The notes: generated by a model not told the origin, from the sequence alone. Counted from the stretch's first letter, positions 18,801 through 27,311 are shown. The stretch is 64,000 nucleotides of DNA from Alistipes sp. (GCA_045596245.1 JAZOBZ010000016.1:766-64765); one strand, 5' to 3'. Made by a program: numbers and translations.

Positions 18801-20842
18801 CCTTCTAACTCTGTTCTCAAAGCATCAAGTTGTGCCAAGACTTCTGCCTTTGCAGTTGAAATTTCGCCCTGTAACTCTGTCTTTAAGTTGTCAATCTTGG
18901 TGTTTGTGGTATTTAACTGCTCTTGTAACCCATTTGCGGTAGTAGTCAAAGCATCAATATAACCCTTTAACTCAGTATCTGCATTTTTAAGAGCATCGAT
19001 AGAGTTGTTTATGTTGGTTATCTGCTCGTTGATTGTAGCAATATCCTCTTCAACCTTTTTAAGTCTATCTTCAAGTGCTGATATTTTGGCATTGAGAGCA
19101 GCAACCTCATTGTCAATACGGGTATTAACTTCCGAAATAGCATCTGCTATCTTGCCATCTATCACACCGTTGTTAGCATTGATGGCATCATTTATTGCCT
19201 TTGTATAGGCATCTGTAATCTCCTTCTTGGCATCGGCAAGTGCCTTTGTTAGTGCCTCTATCTCCTTCTGTAATGCAGCATCACCATCAGCGATGGCACT
19301 CTGCAACGCAGCAAGTTTTCCTTCAAGTTCTGCAATGGTGCAGTATCCTTCAAGTTGCTCACTTACCCAACTCTTCATATTGTTCTCGCAAGCAGCAATA
19401 GCATCGTTGAGTGCCTGAGTGTTGCTTGCCTGATTAGCAGCAATAAGTGCCTTGATTGCTTCCAACTCTGTGGTTAGTGCAGTGTATTGTTCGAGGGTTG
19501 CGAATGTCGCTTCTGCCCAATCTGTCATATTGGCAAGTTGGTTATCAACATACTTCTGCAACTCTGCAATCATCTTACTCAATGCAGCATACTGCTCCTT
19601 CAAGGTTTTTATCTCCTCTGCCGTTGCTTTGCCACTCTGTTCGAGTGTGGCGATGGTTTCTTGCAGTTGTTTGCATACATCTTGAAGTTCACCAATAGAA
19701 CCTGTAATGTTGGCGATTTGCTCCTCAATGGTTGCAATCTTGTCCTCAACAAGTCCAACTCGCTGTTCAAGTGTGGAGATACGAGCATTTATAGTTGCTA
19801 TCTCCTCATCGATACGAGCGTTTACGGTTGCTATCTCCGTTGCAATCTTATTGTCAATTACACCATTGTTGTTTGCAATAGCATTCTCAATCGCCTCTGT
19901 GTAGGCAGATGTTATACTATTCTTTGACTCTTCAAGTTGTTTAGTAAGTTTCTCTATCTCCTTCTGTAACGCAGCATCACCATCTGTGATGGCACTCTGT
20001 AACGCAGCAAGTTTTGCTTCCGCTGCGGCAATGGTGAGATAACCCGACAGTTGCTCATTAACCCACTGCTTCAAAGAATTTTCTACATTAGCGATTGCAT
20101 TGCTTAATGCTGCTGTGTATGCTGCTGTAATTTCGGTTTTAGCGTTGGTTATTGCATCGGTGTATGAAGTTGTAATCTCTGACACCTTTTGCTGAATATC
20201 AGCATTGAGTGTAGCAACCGCTGCTGCTATATCATTTGCAATCTTCTCTTCAAGTCGTGTTTCCAAATCTGAAATACTCTTGTTTATCGCCTCTATCTGT
20301 CCTTTGATAGTTGCTACTTCCGAAGCGAGGGCATTGTGTTGCTCCAATGTGGTGTATGTTGCACTTACCCAATCCGAAGAAGAACTTTCGCCTGCAAGCA
20401 ACTTTACCTGTTTCTCCAACTCCTCAATTCTCTTCTCCAAATCGGAGTCCTTTGTTTGAAGAGTATTCAGGGTGTTGTTGATTTGTGATAATTGGTTTTG
20501 CAACTCTGTTTTCAGAGATTCAAGTTTAGCAAGCAACGCTGCATTTTCTCCCTGCAAAGAAGTCTTTACCTCTTCAATCTTTGCATTTGTATCCTCGATA
20601 CGCTGCTGTAAAGCATTGTAAGAGGACTGCAAATTTTCAATGTAACCTTTCAGTTCTTTGTCTGTGCTTTCCAATTGAGGTAGCGTTGCATTGATAGCAT
20701 TTACCTGCTCTTGGAGTGATGCGATTTGAGTGTTTTCAATCTCGTCAAGACGATTCTCTATTCTGTCAATCGCCCTGTCGTACTTTTTGCAACTTGGCAA
20801 CATCATTGCCACGACTGCAACTAATAAAAATAGTCTCTTCAT
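15893..20842 (-). CDS. 1649-aa surface lipoprotein with a long repetitive coiled-coil stalk and C-terminal BspA-type leucine-rich repeats
   Basis: Lipobox MMLPS-C, repeated W(A/V)xATxxTLEQ and WVxEQLxGY units, IQSITYIPKYSDGKA, and LRR_5-type repeats such as IPDNVTEIGNEAFYGCT. Confidence 0.85.
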   Translation of the reverse strand: MKRLFLLVAVVAMMLPSCKKYDRAIDRIENRLDEIENTQIASLQEQVNAINATLPQLESTDKELKGYIENLQSSYNALQQRIEDTNAKIEEVKTSLQGENAALLAKLESLKTELQNQLSQINNTLNTLQTKDSDLEKRIEELEKQVKLLAGESSSSDWVSATYTTLEQHNALASEVATIKGQIEAINKSISDLETRLEEKIANDIAAAVATLNADIQQKVSEITTSYTDAITNAKTEITAAYTAALSNAIANVENSLKQWVNEQLSGYLTIAAAEAKLAALQSAITDGDAALQKEIEKLTKQLEESKNSITSAYTEAIENAIANNNGVIDNKIATEIATVNARIDEEIATINARISTLEQRVGLVEDKIATIEEQIANITGSIGELQDVCKQLQETIATLEQSGKATAEEIKTLKEQYAALSKMIAELQKYVDNQLANMTDWAEATFATLEQYTALTTELEAIKALIAANQASNTQALNDAIAACENNMKSWVSEQLEGYCTIAELEGKLAALQSAIADGDAALQKEIEALTKALADAKKEITDAYTKAINDAINANNGVIDGKIADAISEVNTRIDNEVAALNAKISALEDRLKKVEEDIATINEQITNINNSIDALKNADTELKGYIDALTTTANGLQEQLNTTNTKIDNLKTELQGEISTAKAEVLAQLDALRTELEGELAQITAAISALQAKDAELEKKITDLQNYVDTELSNTKDWAEATFATLEQYNALANEVATIKTQITAINTSIANLETRINEKISNDIAAAVATLNEDIQQNVKDITDAYTSAINTAKSEITAAYTAAIESAISTLESSMQSWVNEQLKGYYTITEIDALLATLTEEFNNKLDAQKAYLETLINTLSDELKMLINSNSSAIEALRARVSNLENSTSVENANKIAENAAAIAANAQNISNNAQAISANSSTITANSSKIEVCKVNISKNAELIAENKSAIEALKSSTDTAIAKNATDIATNAEKIAKNAELIAKNAIAINNNAEAIAQNSEDIAKLQQELATTKTEITKAYKSAIATAISTLDGELRGEIATQISTINSRIDNEIATVNATIDALTSRVATLESEVDAIQQQIADILQDIANMKDDIANLMKRIQSITYIPKYSDGKACVKDGAVELDFQISPKSAVAEIAANWQSILSVKTVYTITRAVSFVDMPILSCDADTTNGVISIVASSENLSEGFFIGTQSANVALYLSDGNSEITSGYAPIVPYYPYNEIWYTTTDASVATPHATDVFGANIISNTYENGKGVIRFDGAVTTIGNDAFYSASVEIPIQSITLPNSVTSIGGRAFYSCTSLTKISIPDNVTEIGNEAFYGCTALTEVVLGKKVETIGERAFYGCTGLQRLTMNGCVINTIGSDVFYNNKVEEVYISDLSAYCKCNLISPFGGKLFLNGKELTKLIIPSDITVIKRYTFQNCSSLTSITIPEHITQIETSAFSGCTGELIINSKVIETDYNSYQDFRWTDGNLFSSITIGNNITRIGNYTFAANCESLRSIAIADGVAEIGTQAFYRCSSLESVNIPNSVSTIGIEAFYGCESIKNITLGTGITSIGNYAFYDCTKLEKVSCAAINPPTYGNRAFWYYNTSYGPLDNTQHKMAKCPIYVPSESVSLYKSASGWSSHSSYLVANE

Positions 20843-20901
20843 AACAGTAAAGTATTAAAAATTAAACAATTATTAAAATGTTCGTTCTGTTATGACAAAA
20901 A

Positions 20902-21115
20902 GAAAGTGTGGAGAACACTGTTCGTCTATCCATTAGAAGGTTGTAGCAAAACCCAAACAAAAATAAACGATGCGATACCCCACACCTGTAATATGCAGAT
21001 GGGGTTGCAGAATGCTCCCAACCATACATATACAAGAAATGAGTGCTATTCGTTTTGTCCTTTTGTTTTTGAAAACTGCTACATTCTCTAATGGGGACAG
21101 TGCGAAAACACTTTC
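20902..21115 (-). ncRNA. Long multi-helix structured 5' leader (putative cis-regulatory RNA) of the 1649-aa gene
   Basis: Nested complementary blocks GAAAGTGT/ACACTTTC, CACTGT/ACAGTG, CCATTAGA/TCTAATGG, TGTAGCA/TGCTACA, AAACAAAA/TTTTGTTT and AAACGA/TCGTTT, plus an inner ACCCCA/TGGGGT helix. Confidence 0.55.
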
Positions 21116-21146
21116 AATATGTCCGTCAATCTATTGATTGACAAGG

Positions 21147-21154
21147 CAAATATA
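21147..21154 (-). promoter_or_regulatory. Bacteroidota -7 promoter element TATATTTG
   Basis: Matches TAnnTTTG and lies just upstream of the structured leader. Confidence 0.55.
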
Positions 21155-21244
21155 AGCATTTTTTGTTTCAATGTTCTCTAAAAGAGAAACTTTTTGAATA
21201 GCACTCGTGAAGTATCGCTTTGAATTATACGAAAAAGGTGCTCG

Positions 21245-21571
21245 TTAGAACACCTTTACAATACTTTCCCAACGAAAACTACGCCACTCGCCAAGTTCAC
21301 AATCAAATACTGCTGTGGTGGCATATAACTCTCTGCTCACGCCCCTACCGTTGATGTGGCGTTTTACCAATGATGGATTAGTAGTGGCGAACATCTCCCT
21401 CAACTCTCCATTCTTCTTTTGGAAGATAAAATGCGCCACGCCTGTACGGAGTTTATCTTTGAGGGACTCAATCATCATCGCCTTTGCACCCGCCATCAAC
21501 TCGCTTCCTGTTCGTGCTGCGATTACCGCCATTCTTGTTGCTGTTCCGTTTGTAATTACCAATGCGTTCAT
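21245..21571 (-). CDS. SH3 beta-barrel (WYL_2/DUF2693-like) protein of Bacteroidota mobile elements
   Basis: AHFIFQKKNGELREMFATTN...VFDCELGEWRSFRWESIV, with ATG at 21571. Confidence 0.75.
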   Translation of the reverse strand: MNALVITNGTATRMAVIAARTGSELMAGAKAMMIESLKDKLRTGVAHFIFQKKNGELREMFATTNPSLVKRHINGRGVSRELYATTAVFDCELGEWRSFRWESIVKVF

Positions 21572-21612
21572 AGTGTAAGATTTTTTATTACAGTTAGTTA
21601 AAATTTTAATTC

Positions 21613-21777
21613 CTAATACCAAGTTGAAGGTTTAGTCCAACCCTCTAATTCGTACCACTTGTCGAGAGCATTGTATCGACTCAATCCGCAACTTGCCACC
21701 TTATTGCCCGTTGCAATCTCCCATACGCCCCAACCACTGCCTGAGCAACCAATCTTATATTTTCTCTCTCGTGCCAT
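21613..21777 (-). CDS. Small hypothetical protein, 54 aa (not in ORF track)
   Basis: MARERKYKIGCSGSGWGVWEIATGNKVASCGLSRYNALDKWYELEGWTKPSTWY. A minus-strand TATCTTTG box lies ~35 bp upstream, and the ORF is co-oriented with the SH3 gene. Confidence 0.65.
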   Translation of the reverse strand: MARERKYKIGCSGSGWGVWEIATGNKVASCGLSRYNALDKWYELEGWTKPSTWY

Positions 21778-21929
21778 ATTTTATTAATATCATATCCATT
21801 ATTTCTACTACAAAGATAAAACTTTATTATTAATAATCCAAATTATTTTAACATTTTATTTTAATTTATATGAAAATAATTAGTATTTTGACATTTATTT
21901 CCTATCTTTGCCATTAAAATAGGACTATT

Positions 21930-22223
21930 ATGGCAAAATTGAGAGTAAAAGAAATCGCAAAACAGAAGGGTTTAACATTGGCGAAGGTGGCAGAAGAGTT
22001 AAAAATCCACCCTGTAAATTTAAGTACCACCCTCAACGGTAATCCAACCATCGCAACATTGGAAAAGATTGCAAATGTATTGGGAGTAGATGTTACCGAC
22101 TTAATTGAAACCGAGAACAAACCTATTGTAAGTGGTTTTGTAAAGGTTAATGGAGAGGTGCTTGAAATCACCTCTGTTGCAGATTTGGAACAGGCATTAG
22201 CGAAGGCAAAGGAGTTGAAGTAA
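21930..22223 (+). CDS. XRE/Cro-C1 helix-turn-helix regulator
   Basis: LRVKEIAKQKGLTLAKVAEELKI...NPTIATLEKIANVLGV, divergent from the small-ORF pair. Confidence 0.9.
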   Translation: MAKLRVKEIAKQKGLTLAKVAEELKIHPVNLSTTLNGNPTIATLEKIANVLGVDVTDLIETENKPIVSGFVKVNGEVLEITSVADLEQALAKAKELK

Positions 22224-22383
22224 TGCCCTTCAATTTTTGATACTTTTCAGGTATCAATTTTTGAGGTGTTTGTATCAATTTGGGATAAAATAAAAGCAAC
22301 CATTTTTAACACATTAGGTTTCAACTTTTCTTGACTTTTAAGAGCAAATAACCATATTTAGTATAGTTAAAAATCTTGAAAGT

Positions 22384-23916
22384 GTGGTTACTAAAACATT
22401 CAAAATATATACTATTGAAGGCATTGACTATGACGCTGTTATAGCGAAATACCGTATATTGTGCGAACAGGGTGAATGGGATATAGACGAAAATAGCATC
22501 AGTGTCTATGGTGGCAATGCTGAGTTTATCCAAACTCGCAAATCCCGTAAACCTCTGATGGATTACACCCGTATCCTCAACAAAGCAATATACCTTGTTC
22601 ATACGATTGCATACCGACACGCAACCAATAGAGAAGAGGGCGTTGAAGGTGCAAGTATTCAGTATTCCGTATTACAGAAGGTTATCGGGGAAGATTCCTA
22701 TGAATTATTGAGGGCATTGCAGAAGTTGGGTTACATTGAGATAGACAGCAAGTATATTATTGGAAATTCCTCCAAACATTACGCTACTATCGGTAACATA
22801 ATAACTGCACAATGTTCCAATTACACCATCTTGAAGTACATCAATAAGACGAAACAGTTATTAAAAGATGCTATTATTAAGCGTTTGGCAACCACTGAAT
22901 TCAAAACTCTATACGGAGAATCATTTGCTGAAACCTATGTCAGAAACCTCAACAAGTTTAAGATTAAAGATAAAGTAGGTTTTGATTCATACATCAAGGA
23001 GCAAATATCATCAGACTCAAACAAAGAACCTTATTATAACTTTATTACAGACTCTTTTGAAAGTGATTTGAAGATATATTCTATTGATAATAATAACAGA
23101 ATTTACCACATATTAACTTCATTGGAAAGAGAACTAAAAGAGTTTATAAACATTAGATTCTCAATAGATTGTAAGAATTCACACCCTGTTTTATTTAACT
23201 ATTTTATTTTTAATAGTAAAGGTATATCTGTTCAATTATCTTATTTTATTTCTTCTATTTTATTTAGTATAGATAAGAACAGTATATATCCAACCCCTAA
23301 TAACCATTATGACACAGAAAAACTCCGTAATATATTGATAAGCAACAATATAGAAGAATCAATTATTGCAAAGTTTGCTGATGATGAGTTGTTATATATG
23401 TGGAAAACCACCACAGGAAGGTTTTGGGACGATATACTTGCCAAGCATCAAGGAAAGGGGTACAGCAGAGCAGAGATAAAAGAGCAAATGTTTAGAGAGG
23501 TATTTTATAGCAAGACTCCAAAGATTGCTTGGAAAGAATTTGCAAAGGATTTTAGGAAGCAATATCCGAATGTCGATAACCTAATAATGCGATGGAAAGA
23601 ACCACTCAAACACCCTGATTTGCAAGAATACTTAATTGCCCGTAAGAAGGCGGTTCGTTCGCAAGGTTCAACCATAATGTGTAGTCAAGAGACTGCCCTG
23701 CCAAATCTGATGATGGATTTGGAGAGTGAGATATTCAGAGAGGTGTTAAAGTCTCTGTTTAGAAAGAGAGTCCCCGCTGTTCATATTCACGATGCCATTG
23801 TGATACCTGATACCCGTGCAAAGGTTGATATTAACCAAGTCGAAGCGGTGATGAGAGAAGCGTATAAGAAGATAATAGGTATGCGCCCAACTTTCTCGGT
23901 AGATATTTATAAATAA
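22384..23916 (+). CDS. Hypothetical protein with PolA/T7-RNAP-like palm motifs; putative replication protein
   Basis: DNNNRIYH, SIDCKNSHP, RAEIKEQMFREVFYS and VHIHDAIV occur in the order of the DxRGRxY, A, B and C motifs. Confidence 0.55.
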   Translation: MVTKTFKIYTIEGIDYDAVIAKYRILCEQGEWDIDENSISVYGGNAEFIQTRKSRKPLMDYTRILNKAIYLVHTIAYRHATNREEGVEGASIQYSVLQKVIGEDSYELLRALQKLGYIEIDSKYIIGNSSKHYATIGNIITAQCSNYTILKYINKTKQLLKDAIIKRLATTEFKTLYGESFAETYVRNLNKFKIKDKVGFDSYIKEQISSDSNKEPYYNFITDSFESDLKIYSIDNNNRIYHILTSLERELKEFINIRFSIDCKNSHPVLFNYFIFNSKGISVQLSYFISSILFSIDKNSIYPTPNNHYDTEKLRNILISNNIEESIIAKFADDELLYMWKTTTGRFWDDILAKHQGKGYSRAEIKEQMFREVFYSKTPKIAWKEFAKDFRKQYPNVDNLIMRWKEPLKHPDLQEYLIARKKAVRSQGSTIMCSQETALPNLMMDLESEIFREVLKSLFRKRVPAVHIHDAIVIPDTRAKVDINQVEAVMREAYKKIIGMRPTFSVDIYK

Positions 23917-24078
23917 AAATCTTTCAGCAGATAACACTATCTGCCAAAAACAAACATTTTTAATACCTATTTTTTACTTGAATGCTTTTTAATAACTATT
24001 TGTTATTAAATGTTTTATAACATTTTTTATCTATCTATTTTTTTAGAATAGACTTTGTGGTTTGAAGAGGGAGTAAAG

Positions 24079-24258
24079 TTACTCAGTATCCTCTTTTTTA
24101 TTGGGTATTCCCGCCCAATATCTCTTCTGCGATTCGCTCTGCTTGGCATTTATCCGCTGTCGCTCATCGTAAGTCATTCTTTTGTGATAATCCTTCATAC
24201 TATCTGAAATAGATTTTTTGACGGAATCACTTAACTCTCTGTAAATTCTTTTTGCCAT
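24079..24258 (-). CDS. Small basic protein, 59 aa, with NUMOD3-like motifs (not in ORF track)
   Basis: MAKRIYRELSDSVKKSISDSMKDYHKRMTYDERQRINAKQSESQKRYWAGIPNKKEDTE. Confidence 0.55.
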   Translation of the reverse strand: MAKRIYRELSDSVKKSISDSMKDYHKRMTYDERQRINAKQSESQKRYWAGIPNKKEDTE

Positions 24259-24430
24259 AGTTCAATTAGTCTGTTTACTATAAATAGTTTCAACTTTGAA
24301 AAAAGACTAAAAATCCGAAAAATTTTTCTCGGCAGATAGTGGCAAACTAAACATACCCACCTCTTTGAGAAAATATCAAGAGGTGGGAAACGAAAATCGC
24401 TTTATCACAAATGGGGTGGGAGTCATAAAT

Positions 24431-24555
24431 AAAAAACAGGCGAGAGTCTCACGACTGTCGCCTATTCCCGAAATTCATTGCAAATTTCGTTTACTAACCC
24501 AAACTTAAATAAATGAAGAAACCTCACAATGGTGTGCAGTTATCACCATTGCTGA
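24431..24555 (-). ncRNA. Element-encoded full-length paralogue (~125 nt) of the host sigma54 sRNA
   Basis: Minus strand reads CAATGGTG-ATAACTGCA-CACCATTG, then TGAGGTTTCTTCATTTATTTAAGTTTGGGTTAGTA, a GCAA-loop hairpin, and terminator AGGCGA-CAGTC-GTGA-GACT-CTCGCCT-GTTTTTT. Confidence 0.8.
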
Positions 24556-24565
24556 CATATTAACG

Positions 24566-24581
24566 AGCAACATTCTTGCCA
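24566..24581 (-). promoter_or_regulatory. sigma54 -24/-12 promoter of the element-borne sRNA
   Basis: Minus strand TGGCAAGAATGTTGCT, with the same spacing to the 5' hairpin as the host copy. Confidence 0.75.
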
Positions 24582-24784
24582 AAGTATCAAACTACCCCGA
24601 AATAGATACTTTTTGAACCAATTTGAACAAAGTATGTGTACTGCATTCGAGAATTAGAGATACATATTTTAGTTTTTAACCATAAGAGATTTAGGGTTTA
24701 TACATATTGTTTTACTAATTTTATTTGCTTGTTTTAATAATATAATATATCTTTGTGTTTGAAAAAATAAACTATAATATAAAT

Positions 24785-25417
24785 ATGGCAACAGCGGTAA
24801 TATATGCCCGTGTGAGCAGTGTGGGTGATAGGCAAAATACAGATAGACAAGTGGCAGATTTGAGAGAGTATGCCAACCGTAGCGGATTGTCAGTTGTTGG
24901 TGTGTATGAAGAGCATATCAGCGGAGCAACCAAGAACGAAGATAGGGCAGTGTTGTGTGAGTGTCTGAACTTCTGTGTTACCAACAAGATTGACACGCTC
25001 CTAATAAGCGAGTTGAGCAGACTTGGCAGAAATGTTGATGAGGTACTTGCCAATGTCAAGTTCTGCAAGGATAATAACCTCAACATCTACTTCCAAAAGG
25101 AGAATTTATCGCTGTTCAATGCTGACGGAAGCAAAAATCCATTCTTAACAATCTTTATCAGTGTTCTTGGTACCTGTGCCGAAATGGAGCGAGACAACAT
25201 CAAGTTCCGTCTTAATAGTGGGTTGAGGAGATATGTTGCCAACGGAGGGCGTGTCGGCAGGAAACAAGGTAGCACCAAGAGCAGAGAGAAGAAACAAGAG
25301 GAGTATGCAAAGGTAATCAAGTTGCTCAAAGGTGGACAATCAGTCCGCAACACAGCAAAATTGTGCGAGGTGGGCATCAGCACGGTGCAGAGAGTGAAGA
25401 AAGAATTTGCCATATAA
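24785..25417 (+). CDS. Small serine recombinase (resolvase/invertase) with C-terminal HTH
   Basis: VIYARVSS, ELSRLGRN, AEMERDNI...GRVGRK and HTH GQSVRNTAKLCEVGISTVQRVK. Confidence 0.92.
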   Translation: MATAVIYARVSSVGDRQNTDRQVADLREYANRSGLSVVGVYEEHISGATKNEDRAVLCECLNFCVTNKIDTLLISELSRLGRNVDEVLANVKFCKDNNLNIYFQKENLSLFNADGSKNPFLTIFISVLGTCAEMERDNIKFRLNSGLRRYVANGGRVGRKQGSTKSREKKQEEYAKVIKLLKGGQSVRNTAKLCEVGISTVQRVKKEFAI

Positions 25418-25447
25418 CCCAAACAACTCAAAGAAAAATCGGAACAC

Positions 25448-25486
25448 AAAAATCGGTAGTCATATCGAACGACTACCGACTTTTTT
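25448..25486. terminator. Bidirectional terminator between the convergent recombinase genes
   Basis: AAAAA-TCGGTAGTC...GACTACCGA-CTTTTTT. Confidence 0.75.
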
Positions 25487-25511
25487 GAACACACTTGAAA
25501 GGTGAATACAC

Positions 25512-27311
25512 TTACTTGTACTGCAATGCCTTAAAAGTTATATCGAAACTCTCTCGGAGTGCATTGACTGCCTCTTCGTTAGAAGAACTACTTATCATAT
25601 AAAAACCTATAAGTGTATCGGTGGATAAATTTACCTCTCCGTTAAAGTTGTTTGCATAGACAAATTCTTGTGTCTCCCTATTGTATGTTACCGAATTTGC
25701 TAATACCGTGTTATCTACGGCAAATGCAATCTTACGCTTCTTATCAATGATGATATAGTCGCTGTCATACATCATCAGAGACACCTTCTCTGTCTCTTCC
25801 GCTTCGTTTATTACATTGATTGTACCCGCAAACTTGTTAGGCAATACCTCCAATATAGTATAGTAGTGATTGGAGAGGTGAACAACAATCTTGCGGATAA
25901 ACCTATTCACATACTTCTTCATCTCAGCAGGATTACCCTCCGCAGACAAGATGGCATCTGCAACGCTCTCGTTCAAATGGTTTGCAAGGAAATCACGGAT
26001 ACCCTCAATCTCCGCTTGCTTGTTCTTAATGGCAGACATAAAACTACCAATATCCTTCTTTATCCCTAAAACCCTATTTTCCAACTCAGATTCGGTAATA
26101 GCATCTATTCGGTACAAATTTGCCTCTTTTGCTTGTTCCTTCTCCTTCTCCGCAATCTTTGCTTCGATGTTGGCAATCTCCTTTTCCAAGTTAGCAATAG
26201 TCTCAGCGTTGAGGTTACGGAGTTGCTCCTGCTCTATCAACTCAACATTCTCTTTCAGGTAACGCCACACAATGCCATCTATGAGATTCATAGTAACAGC
26301 ATACCTCTTCTTGCCGCAAGCGTGTTGAAATTTGCACTCTCGCTTACAAGCGTAGGAACTCTCTTTCTTTACCTCAGCAATCAATGAACAATCACACTCT
26401 GCTACATAGAGGAGTTTTGCCAATATAGAGATGTGCTTGCTCGACTTTTCAGGGCAGTTGTTGGTTAGCATATCCTGCACTCGGTTGAAAACATCTACAT
26501 CTACAATTTGTGGATAGTGGTTGTATGTGTAAGACGATGTTACATACTCCTCAACATTGGTTTTTCCAAGTTCGTAGTATTGGTAATTCTTACGCTTGTT
26601 GTTGGTAGTCTTAGCTCCGATATATGCGCTCTCTCGTAGGCATTTTTGGATATTTGTTGTAGCGTGAAAGTATGTGTCGAACCCTTTGGCAATACACTCG
26701 ACTTTTATCTTATGGATAGACTTACCGTTGAGATACATTTCAAATACCTGTCTAATTTGCTTTGCCTGTTGCTCGTTTATTTCAAGCATCTTACGCCTAC
26801 CTGCAACCTCAACGATATTATAACCAAATAGCGCACGCCCACCAACAACATAACCATCTTTTCTCAATGAACTTTTTGCTCTTTGGAAACGATCCTTCTT
26901 CTGCTGCATTTCATTACTTGCGATGGTAGCAAATAGGTTGAATGTGATGTCTGATGAGTAGTTGTAATTACCATTCTCATCGAATAGGCGGAAGTTAATA
27001 TCCTTGACTATCAACTGTATTTTATGCTCCTTGAAGTATGTTTTACAGTGGATAAGAACATCATCATATCTACTTAGACGGGATAACTCCGTGATGATAA
27101 GTGTTCGGCAATCAGGATTGGAAGCAAAAAACGCTTTAACCTGATTAAAACCATCTTTCTTCTCGATAGTCCTAAATCCTGACTCCTTAGTAGAAATCAC
27201 CCCTACTACCTCATACCCTAAGTTTGAGGCATACCTTTTCAAGTCCTCTTCTTGGGGTGTAAAGTCTTGGTATTTAGTCGATACACGGGTGAGCAAAAGA
27301 CACTTTTCCAT
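25512..27311 (-). CDS. Large serine recombinase (integrase)
   Basis: Catalytic LTRVSTKYQD and ELSRLSR, ALFGY recombinase domain, Cys-rich zinc-ribbon region (ECDC...YAC...C) and coiled coil. Confidence 0.9.
   Translation of the reverse strand: MEKCLLLTRVSTKYQDFTPQEEDLKRYASNLGYEVVGVISTKESGFRTIEKKDGFNQVKAFFASNPDCRTLIITELSRLSRYDDVLIHCKTYFKEHKIQLIVKDINFRLFDENGNYNYSSDITFNLFATIASNEMQQKKDRFQRAKSSLRKDGYVVGGRALFGYNIVEVAGRRKMLEINEQQAKQIRQVFEMYLNGKSIHKIKVECIAKGFDTYFHATTNIQKCLRESAYIGAKTTNNKRKNYQYYELGKTNVEEYVTSSYTYNHYPQIVDVDVFNRVQDMLTNNCPEKSSKHISILAKLLYVAECDCSLIAEVKKESSYACKRECKFQHACGKKRYAVTMNLIDGIVWRYLKENVELIEQEQLRNLNAETIANLEKEIANIEAKIAEKEKEQAKEANLYRIDAITESELENRVLGIKKDIGSFMSAIKNKQAEIEGIRDFLANHLNESVADAILSAEGNPAEMKKYVNRFIRKIVVHLSNHYYTILEVLPNKFAGTINVINEAEETEKVSLMMYDSDYIIIDKKRKIAFAVDNTVLANSVTYNRETQEFVYANNFNGEVNLSTDTLIGFYMISSSSNEEAVNALRESFDITFKALQYK

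Noticed and set aside
20906-21091. 61-aa + strand ORF
   Set aside because: It lies within the structured leader on the opposite strand, and base pairing explains the region better.
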